Of a DNA stretch of 64,000 nt, positions 13,917-27,229 are shown one piece after another; the stretch's first letter is position 1; each line of letters starts with the position of its first letter. The notes under the pieces are model-generated. The model was given only the letters and a program-made list of their open reading frames with translations, made no database searches and was not told where the DNA came from. The DNA lies in NCBI GenBank assembly GCA_951406725.2, contig OX597834.1, positions 3,844,001 through 3,908,000 on the forward strand, given 5' to 3'. The position numbers and the translations under genes were made by a program. The DNA comes from Octopus vulgaris. Its lineage: Eukaryota.

Positions 13917-14132
13917 CTGTGTGTGTGTCTGTGTGTCTGTGTTTGTCCCCCTAGCATTGCTTGAGAACCGATGCGGGTGTGTTTACATCCCCGTCACCTA
14001 GCGGTTCGGCAAAAAGAGACCCATAGAATAAGTACTGGGCTTACAAAGAATAAGTCCCGGGGTCGATTTGCTCGACTAAAGGTGGTGCTCCAGCATGGCC
14101 GCAATCAAATGACTGAAACAAGTAAAAGAGTA
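13741..14132 (+). mobile_element. SINE family A, 5'-truncated
   Basis: CORE-like segment, internal (TA)n(TG)n and 3' tail present. Confidence 0.9.
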
Positions 14133-14204
14133 ACGAGAATATATATATATATACTATATATTATATATTATATATCAGATATTATATATATTATATATTA
14201 TATA

Positions 14205-14880
14205 TATACATATTTATACCTTGCTTGCATATATATATATATATACGCACATTTATATACACTTACTAATAATCCAACAACCAACAACAAAATTAAGATT
14301 CACTTCCAAATCTAAATATATCAAAATCAATCAACTTTATTTCTGCAACAAATATTCCCATCGTCATAACAAAACATTCTGTATAATCGGCAACAACTGA
14401 AAATTATCCGCGTGAAAATCTAAGACGAGTAGCCGCCCTTGGATAACACGCTTTTGTATTAAGGTCAATATTTTTCATAAACCCAGCTTAAAGTAAGCGA
14501 ACCGTTGTCAATGGCAACATTACGTCACAAACAGAATTGCTTGACGCATGCGTATTCCACAATCTTAATATCGTCTGCTACAAACCTCGACAAGACAAAA
14601 CAGGTCAACATATTTGTTCCACTGCTGACATTGAAAATTCATAAAGAAATTCAGGGACATAGTGCGGTCGAATTTTCACATCTTGTCTGTGAAATAAGAA
14701 ACACATTTAACTCTTCCATAGTTTGTTCACAAAATGCTGTTGTTGCATTCTATAAACGATAATATTTAGCATTTAATTTGACTGGAACTGTTGTTAGCAC
14801 GACGATTAGCTTCATACAAGTTATTCAACTGGTATCTGATGAGATATGAGTTCGACTCCAGAGACCACCTGCTAAGACGT
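14205..14880 (+). repeat. Local low-copy duplication, copy 1 (promoter-like module)
   Basis: Aligns by eye with 15870-16278 plus 16991-17220, and with ~20750-21160. Confidence 0.85.
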
Positions 14881-15002
14881 TTTCTTTGTTGTAAGGTTGA
14901 AATATGAAAATTTCTGCTGCTTTCACGGGTATACTGCGTTCGAAATTTAGCGTCCTGTCTGCAATCTGTCTCACTCTCTCTCTCTCTATATATATATATA
15001 TA

Positions 15003-15831
15003 ATATCAGAATTGAACAGCCGAAATTTGCTATGATGATTCGGTGTCTGACTGAAGATTGAAAGCTTCGAATGATTTGTCTGTGTTCCGTGTTCGTCCCT
15101 TCCTGTATTTCACGTTCTTTATATATAAAAACATTTATTCTTATATTATCGCGGCGTTACGTGTACCCCCCCCCCCGTTTGTTTATCCAATTTTAAACCC
15201 TGCACGACTTCTATATACTTTGTCTTTCCTACCCGCCATTGCTTCTTTACCAAACTATTTTGGCGCCCTCCGATTCTTCCCCCCCTTCCTCCCATCCTCC
15301 TCAATCCCTTCTTTCTCCTTTTCTCTTGGTCACTGATTCTGTCCCCTGCCTTCCACCCTCTTTGATTCCCTCTCTCTCTGTCTCTCTTTCTCTCTCTCTC
15401 CTGCAACCTGCTGCTTCTTAACCATTCTGTTGGCGATCGTATCTCGACCAACATGTGTCCCCTCTACCGTAAGGTAATTATTTCTACGCCAGCTGCTATG
15501 TTGTTGTTGTTTTTGTCTCATTTGGTCTAAAGTCGTATGACAACCACCGTTATATATATTTTGTTTATCCATTACTGTTTTCAATTTCGTTTTCGTCTCT
15601 TGTATTTACATCCGTCTCTTGCGTTTACATTCTTGTCTTCTACCAAGAAATCTAATGCTTACAGTTTAGTTTTTTTCTTGGGGCTGGCCGAGTTGGAGCA
15701 AATATCAGAATTGAACAGCCGAAATTTGCTATGATGATTCGGTGTCTGACTGAAGATTGAAGGCTTCGAATGATTTGTCTGTGTTCCGTGTTCGTCCCTT
15801 CCTGTATTTCACGTTCTTTATATATAAAAAC

Positions 15832-15838
<7 letters not shown>
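15003..15838 (+). mobile_element. Non-coding element with ~135 bp terminal direct repeat (Penelope pLTR-like layout)
   Basis: 15003-15139 is nearly identical to 15702-15838; a diverged relative lies at ~53440-53700. Confidence 0.6.
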
Positions 15839-15869
<31 letters not shown>

Positions 15870-15874
<5 letters not shown>

Positions 15875-17220
15875 CGCACATTTATTTACACTTACTAATA
15901 ATCCAACAACCGGCAACGAAATTAAGATTCACTTCCAAATCTAAATATATCAAAATCAATGAACCTTATTTCTGCAACAAATATTCCCATCGTCATAACA
16001 AAACATTCTGTATAATCGGCAACAACTGATAATTATCCGTGTGAAAATCCAACACGAGTAGTCTCCCTTGGATAACAAGTTTTCGTATAAAGTCCAATAT
16101 TTCTCACAAACCCAGCTTAAAGTAAGCGAACCGTTGTCAATGACAACATTACGTCAGAAATTGCTTGACGCATGCGTATTCCTCAATCTTAATATCGTCT
16201 GCTACAAACCTCGACAAGACGAAACAGGTCAACATATTTGTTCCACTGCTGACATTGAAAATTCATAAAGAAATTCAGTGGAAAATTACAGTTTATTAGC
16301 ATTTAATATTGTAGAGTCAGTTTTTAAAAAAATTAATAATTCTACAGAAAATAAGAAGACACACAAAATGTTTTTCGTGGTTCTGTCGACAGACACGGTA
16401 AGTAGAATCTTTTACAATTATAAGTTTGAAACTAGAGTAATCCAAGTTACATTGATTTTGATGTCCTTCAATTTTTGATGAATTTTGTTGAAGAAAAAGA
16501 AATCTGAATAAGAGAAACAACCTTTATTCACTTTATGAACGGCTCTCATTAATGTGGAACATCTCATCTATAATAGTTTAAATACAGAAATCTTTCTATG
16601 AGAATGTGATACAATATGTGTTAAGTAGACCATCATGAAACAAATAGTCTGTTATTGAAGGTTGGGCAAATATAATTTCATTGCAGACAACTCCCTTACA
16701 ACCTGTTATCGTAGCTGATATGTCGAACGAATAAATAATTTTCTGCTCTACCTCTGTGAAGTTGGAATAGCAATTTCTCAGATAAACAATGAAACATTTT
16801 ATTTCACAATTCTATAAAGAATTTTCAGAATGTGTTCTTAGGTAACTAATACATACCAATACTATACAAATATGTATATTAGTGAGAGAATGTATGCAGA
16901 TGAAAATAATTACCTATAAATTGATATTGAAGAAATCTAAAGATAGTGCTTTCCTCTTATAATGGAAAAATATCCAAATTCTCTGTTGTGTTCAGGGACA
17001 TAGTGCGCTCGAAGTTTCACATCTTGTCTGTGAAATGAGAAACACATTTAACTCTTCCAAAGTTTGTTCACGAAATGATGTTGTGGCATTCTATAACCGA
17101 TAATATTTAGCTTTTGATTTGACTGAAACTGTTGTCAGCACGACGATTATCTTCATATTACATATTCAAACGATATCTGCTGGGATACGAGTTCGACTCC
17201 CGTGATCACCTGATAAGAAT
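15870..17220 (+). repeat. Local low-copy duplication, copy 2 (promoter-like motifs and GTAAGT donor at 16398)
   Basis: GTTGTCAATGACAAC, TTACGTCA, ACGCATGCGT, CAGACACG|GTAAGT. Confidence 0.8.
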
Positions 17221-17269
17221 TTGTCTGTGTTATGAGTGTAAAATAGAAAGTAGAGAAGTTGTTATGGAC

Positions 17270-17800
17270 CATGAGTATCCTTCAACGTCAGTTATACATA
17301 TAAGTAATATATCTAGACTTCTTTAAGGCCTTCGAAGAAGCTGATCAGAGAACTATATGCCACACCCAATTATGATCATAGTATAATTGGAAAACTAATG
17401 GACCAATCATCTGACAAAATTTGCAGTTCACAATGCTTGTTCAGAGGAGACATTATTTCTATGAGGTGTCCCTCACGCATCCGATTCGGATATTGTTTGT
17501 AGTGGCTCTTTTTAGACATACTCTCACTCAGTAAGTCATTCTCTCTAGGTACGTTGATGATATAAAAGTATCAAAAACATACATTTCAGTAAAAATTAAA
17601 CGTATTATACAAATAGACAGAATGTAGTCGACACGCAAATCAGTACTGGGAAATTTTGTGTATTCAGCTATCAATCTACAAGGATATCACAATTAGAATG
17701 CAATGAACTGGCAGGTCTTGCCAGTGGAAATACACAACTATATGAGCAGAGACTCAAGATTATTACTAAATGATGCGCGACGAACATATGGAATTATGTA
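17270..17800 (+). mobile_element. Ancient CR1/L2-group RT remnant
   Basis: YLDFFKAFE, GVPH and YVDDIKV motifs in the correct order. Confidence 0.7.
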
Positions 17801-18580
17801 TTTTGTATGATTCCATGTACGTGCCGCATGGCTCACACCCTCAGAATTGTGAGGTTGTGTCGTCGGTTACCAGACCGGATTATATGTTATGTTTTTACTC
17901 GGCTGTAGAAATGATTTACGACGTGACCGGTGCCGAGCTGCATCGGCTTTTACCTTTCCCTTCCACAACATTGGTTGCATACCAGAAATTCTCCATGTGG
18001 GAACTTTGTGAATAGATGCACATTCTCGGGTGTATGCATTGATACATCAACCAACACACAAATTTAACCGCATATTTACAAACACAAGGAATTCTTTTGA
18101 TTCAAAAGTCTTGTTGCTTTGTTAGCAAACGTCTGAACTCATACCTACATATATACATGCATACATACATACATACACACATACATACATACATACATAC
18201 ATACATACATACATACATACATACATGCATGCATGCATACATACATACATACATACATACATACATACATACATACATACATACATACATACATACATGC
18301 ATACATGCATACATGCATACATACATACTTACATACTTACATACATACATACATACATGCATGCATACATACAGACATACATACATACATACATACATAC
18401 ATACATGCATGCATACATACATACATACATGCATACATGCATACATAAATACATACATACATACATACATACATACATACATGCATAAATGCATACATAC
18501 ACACATACATGCATTCATACATGCATGCATACATACATACATACATACATACATACATACATGCATGCATACATACACAC

Positions 18581-18611
<31 letters not shown>

Positions 18612-18614
18612 CAT

Positions 18615-18945
18615 GAGAATTGTAAGGCAGCTACTTGAGCAGCATTCCTTATCTGATAACCTAGAAGTCGCACGACGCTACTGCAAAGGTATCATCATAA
18701 TGAAGGATGAGCCTAAATGAGCAGAATCCAATGCCTGGATATGTTACTAGAAAGCACGGAGATGATAGTAACATTGATCATAAAAGTAGTCTACCATGGA
18801 TCAATAGCCGGATTACTACCTCCCATTTTGAAGGGTTTGTGTTTGCAGTTCAGGAAGAAGAAAAATCAACCAATTACCTGATGCACAGAAGGGATAGATG
18901 TGCATGAAAAACAGTAAAATGCCACAACCGATGCACACTTTGTAG
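18615..18945 (+). mobile_element. R4/Dong-like LINE fragment
   Basis: HFEGFVFAVQEEE..TNYL followed by C-x2-C; paralogous to ~19520-19830. Confidence 0.75.
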
Positions 18946-19203
18946 AAATTCTCTGTGAGAGATGCACACAGTTTCAACCAACACACGACGTGAACCGCAA
19001 ATTTACAACACTTTTGTCATGTTGCTTTGTTAGCAAATGTCTGAACTCATTCAATAAGAAATTAAACTCAAAGAAAAAAATCATACATAGATGCATGCAT
19101 GCACACATACATGCATACATACATACATACATACATACATACATACATACATACATACATACATACATACATACATACATACATACATACATACATACAT
19201 ACA

Positions 19204-19235
<32 letters not shown>

Positions 19236-19236
<1 letters not shown>

Positions 19237-20720
19237 CTGCAGTGCCAGTATTCATGCCATCATTTGGGCTGCTTGAATGGACGCTTGATAAGATCCGAGT
19301 CATTGATGTGAAAGCCGGAAGAATACTTACAAGTACACATGATTTCCACATAAACAGTGCCGTGCACAACCCCTAACCAAATCGAAAACAAAGTGGCAGT
19401 GGCTTAACATCGATCCAAAATGCCTTTGATTATTTCATCAAATCCCTTCGACAAAATCTTTTAACCACCAAGTGTCGAAGTGCATCCCTTGATCATGTTT
19501 GCATACATGAGGCTAACAATATCGTAAGACATGGGAGGCACCTTCTAGAACAACACTCTTTATCTGATAACCTAGAGTACATGCGCAAAATAAGTAGCAC
19601 GACACTAGGGCAACGTCATCAGATGAAAGGATGAGCCTAGATGAGCAGAAGGCTGTAGAACGCTCCGAGATGATAGTAACATCGATCATCAAAGCGGTTT
19701 ATCATGGACCAATAGCCGGATTACTATCGTCCACTTTGAAGGGTATGCACTTGCAATCCAGGAACAGGATGCACAAAAGGATTAGGGATACAGGAAAATT
19801 CAGTAAGATGTGACAACCGATGCAGACTTTGTAGTGTTAACACCGAAGATATCACCCACATCATTAGCAGTTGTCCGAAAATGTTATCAGTCGATGAGAC
19901 ATTATGTTGTAGTTAGGACACTCTATAATGAAATCCGTCAGAAGGACATCCTCGAGGACAAGGAATAAAGAACCCAAAGTATGATAGAAGGCATAGCCAC
20001 CTATAATTAAAAGGAGTACTGGTGGAATATCCCAGTTAAGACATCAATAAAACGCAATCACAACAGACCTGATATAATGATTTGGAATATTGAAGAGAAA
20101 CCATGCACAGTTGTGGAAATTGCTAATTTCCAGCGCATGTTAACATGAAGATGAAGATCAGTGAAAATGAGAACACCTACGCTGAACTACCGAGAAATCT
20201 GAAGTTATTCTATACAGGTTACAAGTTCAGGTTTATACCTGTAATTATTTAGGCCCTGTGATAGGTAACACACGGCCTAAATATCAATCTTGAGAAATTA
20301 GGCTAACCAAAACCAGAAAGAAGAAAGCTAATTCGAAGACTACAGATCCATCTACCACTGGGACTGTAAGAATCTATAAAACTTCCCAGAAGTTTTGCAT
20401 TTAGATATATATGAGCATGTCTAGATATGCAAATATACGCATAAGAATACATACATAAAACAAAACATATAAATCTGCACATATGCATACATGCAAACAC
20501 AAATACCCTGTTGATGATGTTGAAATCCCAATGGAGAAGCATTGAATCTAGGTTAGAAACCGGCGCAATCTCTATTGGCAAGAAACCCTGAAATAAAACA
20601 GATGTATGCATACATATATACCAACAAATAAAAATGCCCTCCTGCTGATGTTGAAATTCCAGTGACGGTGCGTTAGATCTATGTTAGAAACTGGCTCTTT
20701 CTCTATTGGCAAGAAATCTT
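19236..20720 (+). mobile_element. 5'-truncated R4/Dong-like RLE LINE with tandem 3' ends
   Basis: AVPVFMPSFGLLEWT..IDVK, CRLC..THIISSC knuckle, YWWNIPVKT..HNRPDIMI..VVEI endonuclease; 3' UTR unit repeated at ~20505 and ~20635. Confidence 0.85.
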
Positions 20721-21514
20721 GCACACATGCGCACACAAAGAGAAGCTAATCATCTAAGAACCAAGAACAGAATTAATAATCACTTTCATATGTAAAAAAT
20801 TGTCAAAATCGTAAAAGGTAATCTCGTTTCTGCAACGTATATTGTCCTCGTAATAAGACAACATTCCTGTCGTGAAAAACCTAGACGAGTTGCCGCCCCT
20901 GGATTACTTCGTCTTACCCTGTACCATTTACTACATAATAACATGCTTTTGTATTAAGTCGAAGTACTCATCACTTATTAATGTCTCCATTGATGTAAAG
21001 ACTGTATAAAACTAGCTTAAAGTAAGCGAACCGTTGCCGATGACAACACTACGCATGCGCATTCCTCAATCTTAATATCGTCTGCTACAAAGTCCGACGA
21101 GACAAAACAGATCAACATATGCACTCCACAGCTGACACTGAAAATTAATTCAGTGATTCCTTCGAAAATTACACAGTTCAGTAATATTTAATATTATAGC
21201 GTTATCTTTTTATTGGTAATTCTACTGAAAATAGAAAGACTGACAAAATATTTTCTGCCGTTCTTACTACAGACATGGTAAGTAGAAACGTTACAATTAT
21301 AAATTGAATCCAGAGTAAACCAAGTTACATCGACTTTAATGTCCTTCAATTTGTGATGAATGTTGCTGAAGAAATAGAATTCTGAGAAAGAGAAACTGCT
21401 TTTATTCACTCTATTGATTTGCCTCATTAATATGGAGCATCATTGCTATAATAAATGAAATACAGAAACATCATAATAGAAAATAGTTTATTTTCGAAAA
21501 GTTGGGTGAATATA

Positions 21515-22527
21515 AATTCAAGTGTCCGTGACTTCTTCAGTACATTCGGTCCTCGAGATGCAAACTACAAAACTAACCCCAGCTCTCTGTGTCAAGACAG
21601 ACACGTGCTTAGTCTTACTGATTACATCGGGAATAACATTTCAAATGTCTTGGTTCCGGCGCGCTAAGAGACTCCTGAAGCGAAGGGCTGCAGTGAATTA
21701 TTCACTGCGGGTAAAGCTTACTACTAGGGAACGTATTTATTTAAATATTTAAAAATTGAGGGAGATAAATTAATATTAATTTTAATATCAATTTAAAACC
21801 AGTAGTCCAGCATTCAAAAAATCTGAGGAGTCAGAGAAAATTCAAATATATGTGTATATTGGCAGGGCTGGCCTGCTAGGTAGCCGGCCAGAATGCTAGA
21901 AATAGATCATCAACGATCAAACTACAAGGGAATTCTCTAGAGGAAGAATTCAGCGAACACCAGAACCAAATTTGGCGGGCAGGACATATGAAAAATTAAA
22001 TAAAAAACAGACTTAAATGCATACCTCGGTTTCGGTCTTAACAAAAGAATTACTTGCATAATTCAAGTGTCCGTGACTTCTTCAGTACATTCGGTCCTCG
22101 AGATGCAAACTACAAAACTAACCCCAGCTCTCTGTGTCAAGACAGACACGTGCTTAGTCTTACTGATTACATCGGGAATAAAATTTCAAATGTCTTGGTT
22201 CCGGCGCGCTAAGAGACTCCTGAAGCGAAGGGCTGCAGTGAATTATTCACTGCGGGTAAAGCTTACTACTAGGGAACGTATTTATTTAAATATTTAAAAA
22301 TTGAGGGAGATAAATTAATTGGATTCACCTCAATAGACGTCATTGATTGGTTGAAATTGCCGAAATGCAAGAAATTAAAGATCAAATAGCTTACAAACTA
22401 CCGAATTTTCTCAAGAAACCAAGAGAAAAAGATGTTTTCTGTAACACACTACCAGTATACGAAGTTTTAAGTGTTTAGTTACAAAGAAATTATTTTAAAA
22501 ATCTGCCGGTCAAAGTGAAAATATCCC
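21515..22527 (-). mobile_element. Non-coding Penelope-like unit with 260 bp partial tandem direct repeat
   Basis: 21515-21774 is nearly identical to 22060-22319 and the unit contains a hammerhead; 22404-22527 also resembles ~2241-2365. Confidence 0.75.
22016..22091 (-). ncRNA. Type I hammerhead ribozyme motif
   Basis: AAUGUA-CUGAAGA-aGUC..GACc-GAAA-CCGAGG-UA-UGCAUU. Confidence 0.75.
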
Positions 22528-23124
22528 TTTCCTTCAATTTTTGATGAATGTTCGTGAAGAAAGAGAAATCGGAATAAGTAAAATCACCTTTATTCACTTT
22601 ATAAACTGGTCTCATTAATATGGAACATCTCATCTATAATAATTTAAATACAGAAATCTTTCTATGAGAATGTGATACAATATGTGTTAAGTAGACCATC
22701 ATAAAACAAATAGTCTACTATCGAAGTCCATCAGCATATAGTATATTTCTATAACAAACTGTGTTTTTATGATATATCATAACATCACTGATTGTATATG
22801 AATGCTTGTGTGTTTATATATGAATTCATGCATGTACATATCTGCACAAACACACACTCACATACACACACGCACACACACCAACACGCAAACAAACACT
22901 CACGCACATATAAATATTCATATACATATATTCATACATAGAAATATACGTACGTAGCTACGAAAGGACGTTCATATATACATACATATATACACACATA
23001 CATACATTCATACATACATACATACATGCACGCATACATACATACATACATACATACATACATACATACATACATACATACATACATACATACATACATA
23101 CATACATACATACATACATACGTA

Positions 23125-23320
23125 CAAAACTACCCTGCTGTTGATGTTGAAATTACAATGAAGGAGTCTTGAATCTAGGTTATAATACTGAACATTGACA
23201 TAAATACAAATGTGAATTTGTATGTGTTGTCTACATCCCAAAGATGGAGCCTTGTATCTCTGTTGGAAACCGTTTCTCTCCTTAGTGGAAGACTTATAAT
23301 AATTAAAAAATAGAAGAGGC
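23125..23320 (+). mobile_element. Short 3'-end fragments of R4/Dong-like LINEs inside (TACA)n
   Basis: Matches the 3' UTRs at ~20505 and ~26375-26432. Confidence 0.7.
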
Positions 23321-23493
23321 ATACATACATAAATACATACATACATACACACATGCATACATGCATACATACATACATACATACATACATACATAGATAC
23401 ACACATGTATATGTACATACATACATACACGCATACATACACACATACACACATACATACACACACGCGCATACATACATACAAACATACATA

Positions 23494-26432
23494 ATGGCGC
23501 TGTCAGCACCGGACGTGCAGGTGTAGAAGACCATTTATAATGTCTGTTTTGAACGCCTTCTTTTAGAAATATGCCGACTTCTCCGAATTAAATCGCTTAC
23601 TGGACTATTTCTCCAATAATTAATAAGATAAACATCTTTTACTCACCAACGTAGCGTCATGCTGCACAGATTTTAATATATAAATTTTCACCAAGTAGAA
23701 TCTCGCTAACACGATTATAGATGAAACTAACACCACCGATGAAAATACAATTATTTCACCAGTGAGTAATTTAAGAAGACGTAAGGACTCTTTTCATTTT
23801 ACTTGTACCCAGCAACTAAACTAAGGTTTACTTCGCTGCTATGAAAAAGCTGGACATGACTCTTCAATCGGATACATGAAGCGATTAAAACAAAACTGGG
23901 ACGAAGCTCATCCCAACTTAAATGCCTTCACAGCGAAATAACTCCGACAACAAGCATCTTTTGTAAAAAAAAAAAAAATCATCTGAACCTTGATCCTCCC
24001 AAATCACTGAGAATGGGACAAAATCTGCCAGAAGTGGCGTTAAAAATAATGTAAACAAACCATCGCTTCCGCCATCGCTAAATTCGAGTGTATCTCCAAC
24101 CCTGGCAGACACAAGAGCGAAGACTGCGGAATACGACCAACTGAAGAACATTTTAAAGTTACAATTCGCAAAACATTTTGCTACTTTCTCGAAGTTTTCG
24201 TTGAGCAGCAGACCATTCCCGCCGACAGTGAGAAAAAATCCGACCGATCTAATGTTTAAAGTTATCAACGATGTCCCTGTAGATAACATGGAATCACGTG
24301 AAGTTAATTACTGGAATATAAATAATCTTATATATACACAGCCGCTTTTACTCTTCAAGAACACCTAGGAGAAATCTACAGTAAAAAATAACGAAATTAC
24401 TAAACTGAAACGACCTAGATGGAAAACAAAACTTGAAGAACAAAACTTGAGTCGAACAACATTGTGACTGATGAACAGGCTGGCGGAAAGGACGGGATGT
24501 AGGGATGTGCCGAACAACTTTTAACAAAGAAAGCTGTATTGTCTGAAGTACGAAAAAAGCGTAGAAAGCCTTGTGACAGTATAGCTTGACTGTAAGAAGG
24601 CAATCGGCTCTATCCCTCATTCATGGCTGTTGAATTTCTTGCACCAAGCAAAAGTACTTACCACCCTAATTTTTGCTATAGAGAGACTCACAAAGACATG
24701 GAAAATAGTTCTCATCCTTCCTTCCAACTGAGAACAGAATAATTGTTCCAGATATTGTAGGCATCTTAAAGGGAATATTTCAGTGAGATAGTCTTTCTGT
24801 ACCTCCTTTCAATATGGCACTGAATCCATAATCGTTCCTACTGCAGAAAACAATAGTTACATGCTAGGACCTTCAACTGCCAGAAATATCAATGTAACTC
24901 ATAATTACTTTGTAGACAAGCTCAAAATTTATGCTAAAAGTGTTAACAATACCAAAAAACAAATGGAATTAATAACATTTTCAGCTGTTATAGGCATGGA
25001 ATTTGGCCGAAAGAAATGTTCATATTTGGTTTTAAAACGAGGAAAGTCAGTCCCCAAACCCAAAACCTGTGCATCAACGGTCCTCTGTCTCCCCAATTCC
25101 GCACAAAAAAATGTTAGAAGTACCTAGGTAAAAACGAAAATGTATCATATGAAGGCACTGTGAATAAAGATAGAGTGGCCCGAGAATATTACACTCTCCT
25201 CATATAACAAAGCATTATCCCACAATGCAGAGCTGATCCCAACATTTGGGATACTTGATTGGTCTGTAGAGGAAATCCGCTCCATAGATATCAAAACCCG
25301 CAAAATCCTGACAACAAGTGGGTAGCTCCACAGAAACAGTGATGTTTACACGCTCTACCTAAGAAGAAATGAAGGTAGTAGAGGCCTGAGATCAGAGCAG
25401 ACGGACTTCGAATGAATGCCGTTTGGTATCACACTCAGGCAACACCTGCTGAACAACAGCAGTAAAAATAAATGTGAAAATGCAGTGCTAAAAAGTTAAG
25501 TGAGGATCATTGTACGAGTTGGCAGTGAACTCCTCAAGAAACACACTTTCCCTGATGATCTCCTATACAGCTCAAAAACTGATGGGCTCTCTTACCTAAA
25601 AGAAGGCCTGGATGGAAAGCACTCAGCATCCAAAAAAGAAGTCTATGCATGGATATGCTGCCCGGAAACTTGAAATCAGTAGAACTGACATCAAGTGCAG
25701 CCTTTCTTGAACACAAGACTAGTACATCACATCACACTTTGAAGGCTATCGTTTGCAATCCAGGAAAAGAGATTGGCACAACGTACCTGGTGAACAATAG
25801 AGACAGTGACGCTCTTTTAACCCCAAGGTGCGGCCGCACATGTAGGTTACGTCATGTTTCTGTGATTAGCTGCTGTCCTAAAATGTCGTCACGTTACTAC
25901 CTCCCAATGCGGCTCTACGTTGTTACTAAAACTATTTACAATGCCATCCGCAAAATAAGACATGTCATGAAATAATCTTAGAAAATCTCCCTGTTATGGA
26001 ATCCATTCATAAGCAGCAACTCAAGGAATACTGGTTGAATATTCCCATCAACACTCCTGTCAAATTAGGCTTAAATGGCCGGATATTGTCGATTGGGACA
26101 GGGGGGCAAATGTATGTACCATCACAGAGGTCAGCCGCCCTGCAGATGTAGATATCGCTTTCAAAATAAAAGAAAAAGAAGATATCTATGGACAGCTGTT
26201 TCGAAACCTCCAGCTTCTTTATCCAGATTGTGAATTCATATTCATACCAATGATAATTCGGGCACAAGGTTTTGGTAGTAAAGGCTTAAAGGAGAATCTG
26301 AATAAACTGGGATTCTGAAAAGAGAAATCGACCGACTAATTCGTACATTGTAACTGCAATTTTTGAGTGGAACAGTATCTTTGTTGGAAACCGGTTCCCT
26401 CCTCAGTGGAAGATTTATAATAATTAAAAAAT
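23494..26432 (+). mobile_element. Near-full-span, internally deleted R4/Dong-like RLE LINE
   Basis: N-terminal LLRCYEKA..GYMKRLKQNWDEAHP, RT THNYFVDKLKIYAK..IGMEFGRKKC, IPTFGILDW..IDIKTRKILT, SCCPKM knuckle, YWLNIPI..RPDI; many stops. Confidence 0.85.
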
Positions 26433-26499
26433 AGAACAGATAGACAGACAGAAACAATATAGAAATGAAATGATAGATAGGCTACAATATCCTTTGCTC

Positions 26500-26700
26500 T
26501 TCATCATCATCTGACGTCCTTGTCCCATGCTTTCATGCAGTGAATACTTCGATGGGTCCCAAGGATGACAGAGGGCTACGCCTAGCTCTGCTATCTGCTT
26601 TGGCATGATTTCTAGAGTAGGCTGCCCTTCTTAACGTCAACCGCTTTACAATGTTTACTAGGCGCTTTTGTTGTGACACCAGCATTAGAGAACGCTCAAT
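26500..26700 (-). mobile_element. Degenerate RTE-related short retroposon ending in (GAT)n
   Basis: Minus strand GGTTGACGTTAAGAAGGGCAGCC...GGACGTCAGATGATGATG. Confidence 0.5.
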
Positions 26701-27229
26701 TGTGTGGGTGTACATTATTGAGGGATATGAATGTATAATAGAGAGAGAGAGGAACAAGTATCTTGCTGAAGAGGTTGAATAGATGGCTTCACTAGCTGAA
26801 AGAGAGAGAGAGAGAAAGGGAGAGGGCGTGAGAAAGAGGAGAGAAAGGTGGATAGAGATAGGGAAAGAGAGATTGTGAGGGCATACCTTCAATGAACAAA
26901 ATAGTTCTGAGAGAGAATACAGATAAATGAACAGAAAAAGGTGGATGAGTGGGATTTAGGTAACTTCGCTAGAGTGTAAAAAGAGTTTGACAGATGATTA
27001 GAGGTAGGGTTACATGAATATCAGTTTGGTGAGGTAAGGTGATGTAAATAGAAGGGGAGGAGTCAATCATGACGGACTGTATTAGGGACACAATATGAAG
27101 GATAAAGGATAAATGAGATTAGTTACAGCACCTGAGTGAGTAGTATCACAGTTTCAAAATTGACGCGAACATGAACGTTAGAAGAGGAATTATTGAGTTC
27201 AGCTTAACCGAATCTCATTCTTGCTGAGA

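Larger units (their letters stand above)
20750..22730 (+). repeat. Local low-copy duplication, copy 3, split by a Penelope-like insertion
   Basis: 20750-21470 and 22530-22730 align with 15890-16660; CAGACATG|GTAAGT at 21278. Confidence 0.75.

Noticed and set aside
15040-15085. CUGAAGA..GAAU..GUC (also ~15750 and ~53572)
   Set aside because: GAAU instead of GAAA and no proper stems I/II.
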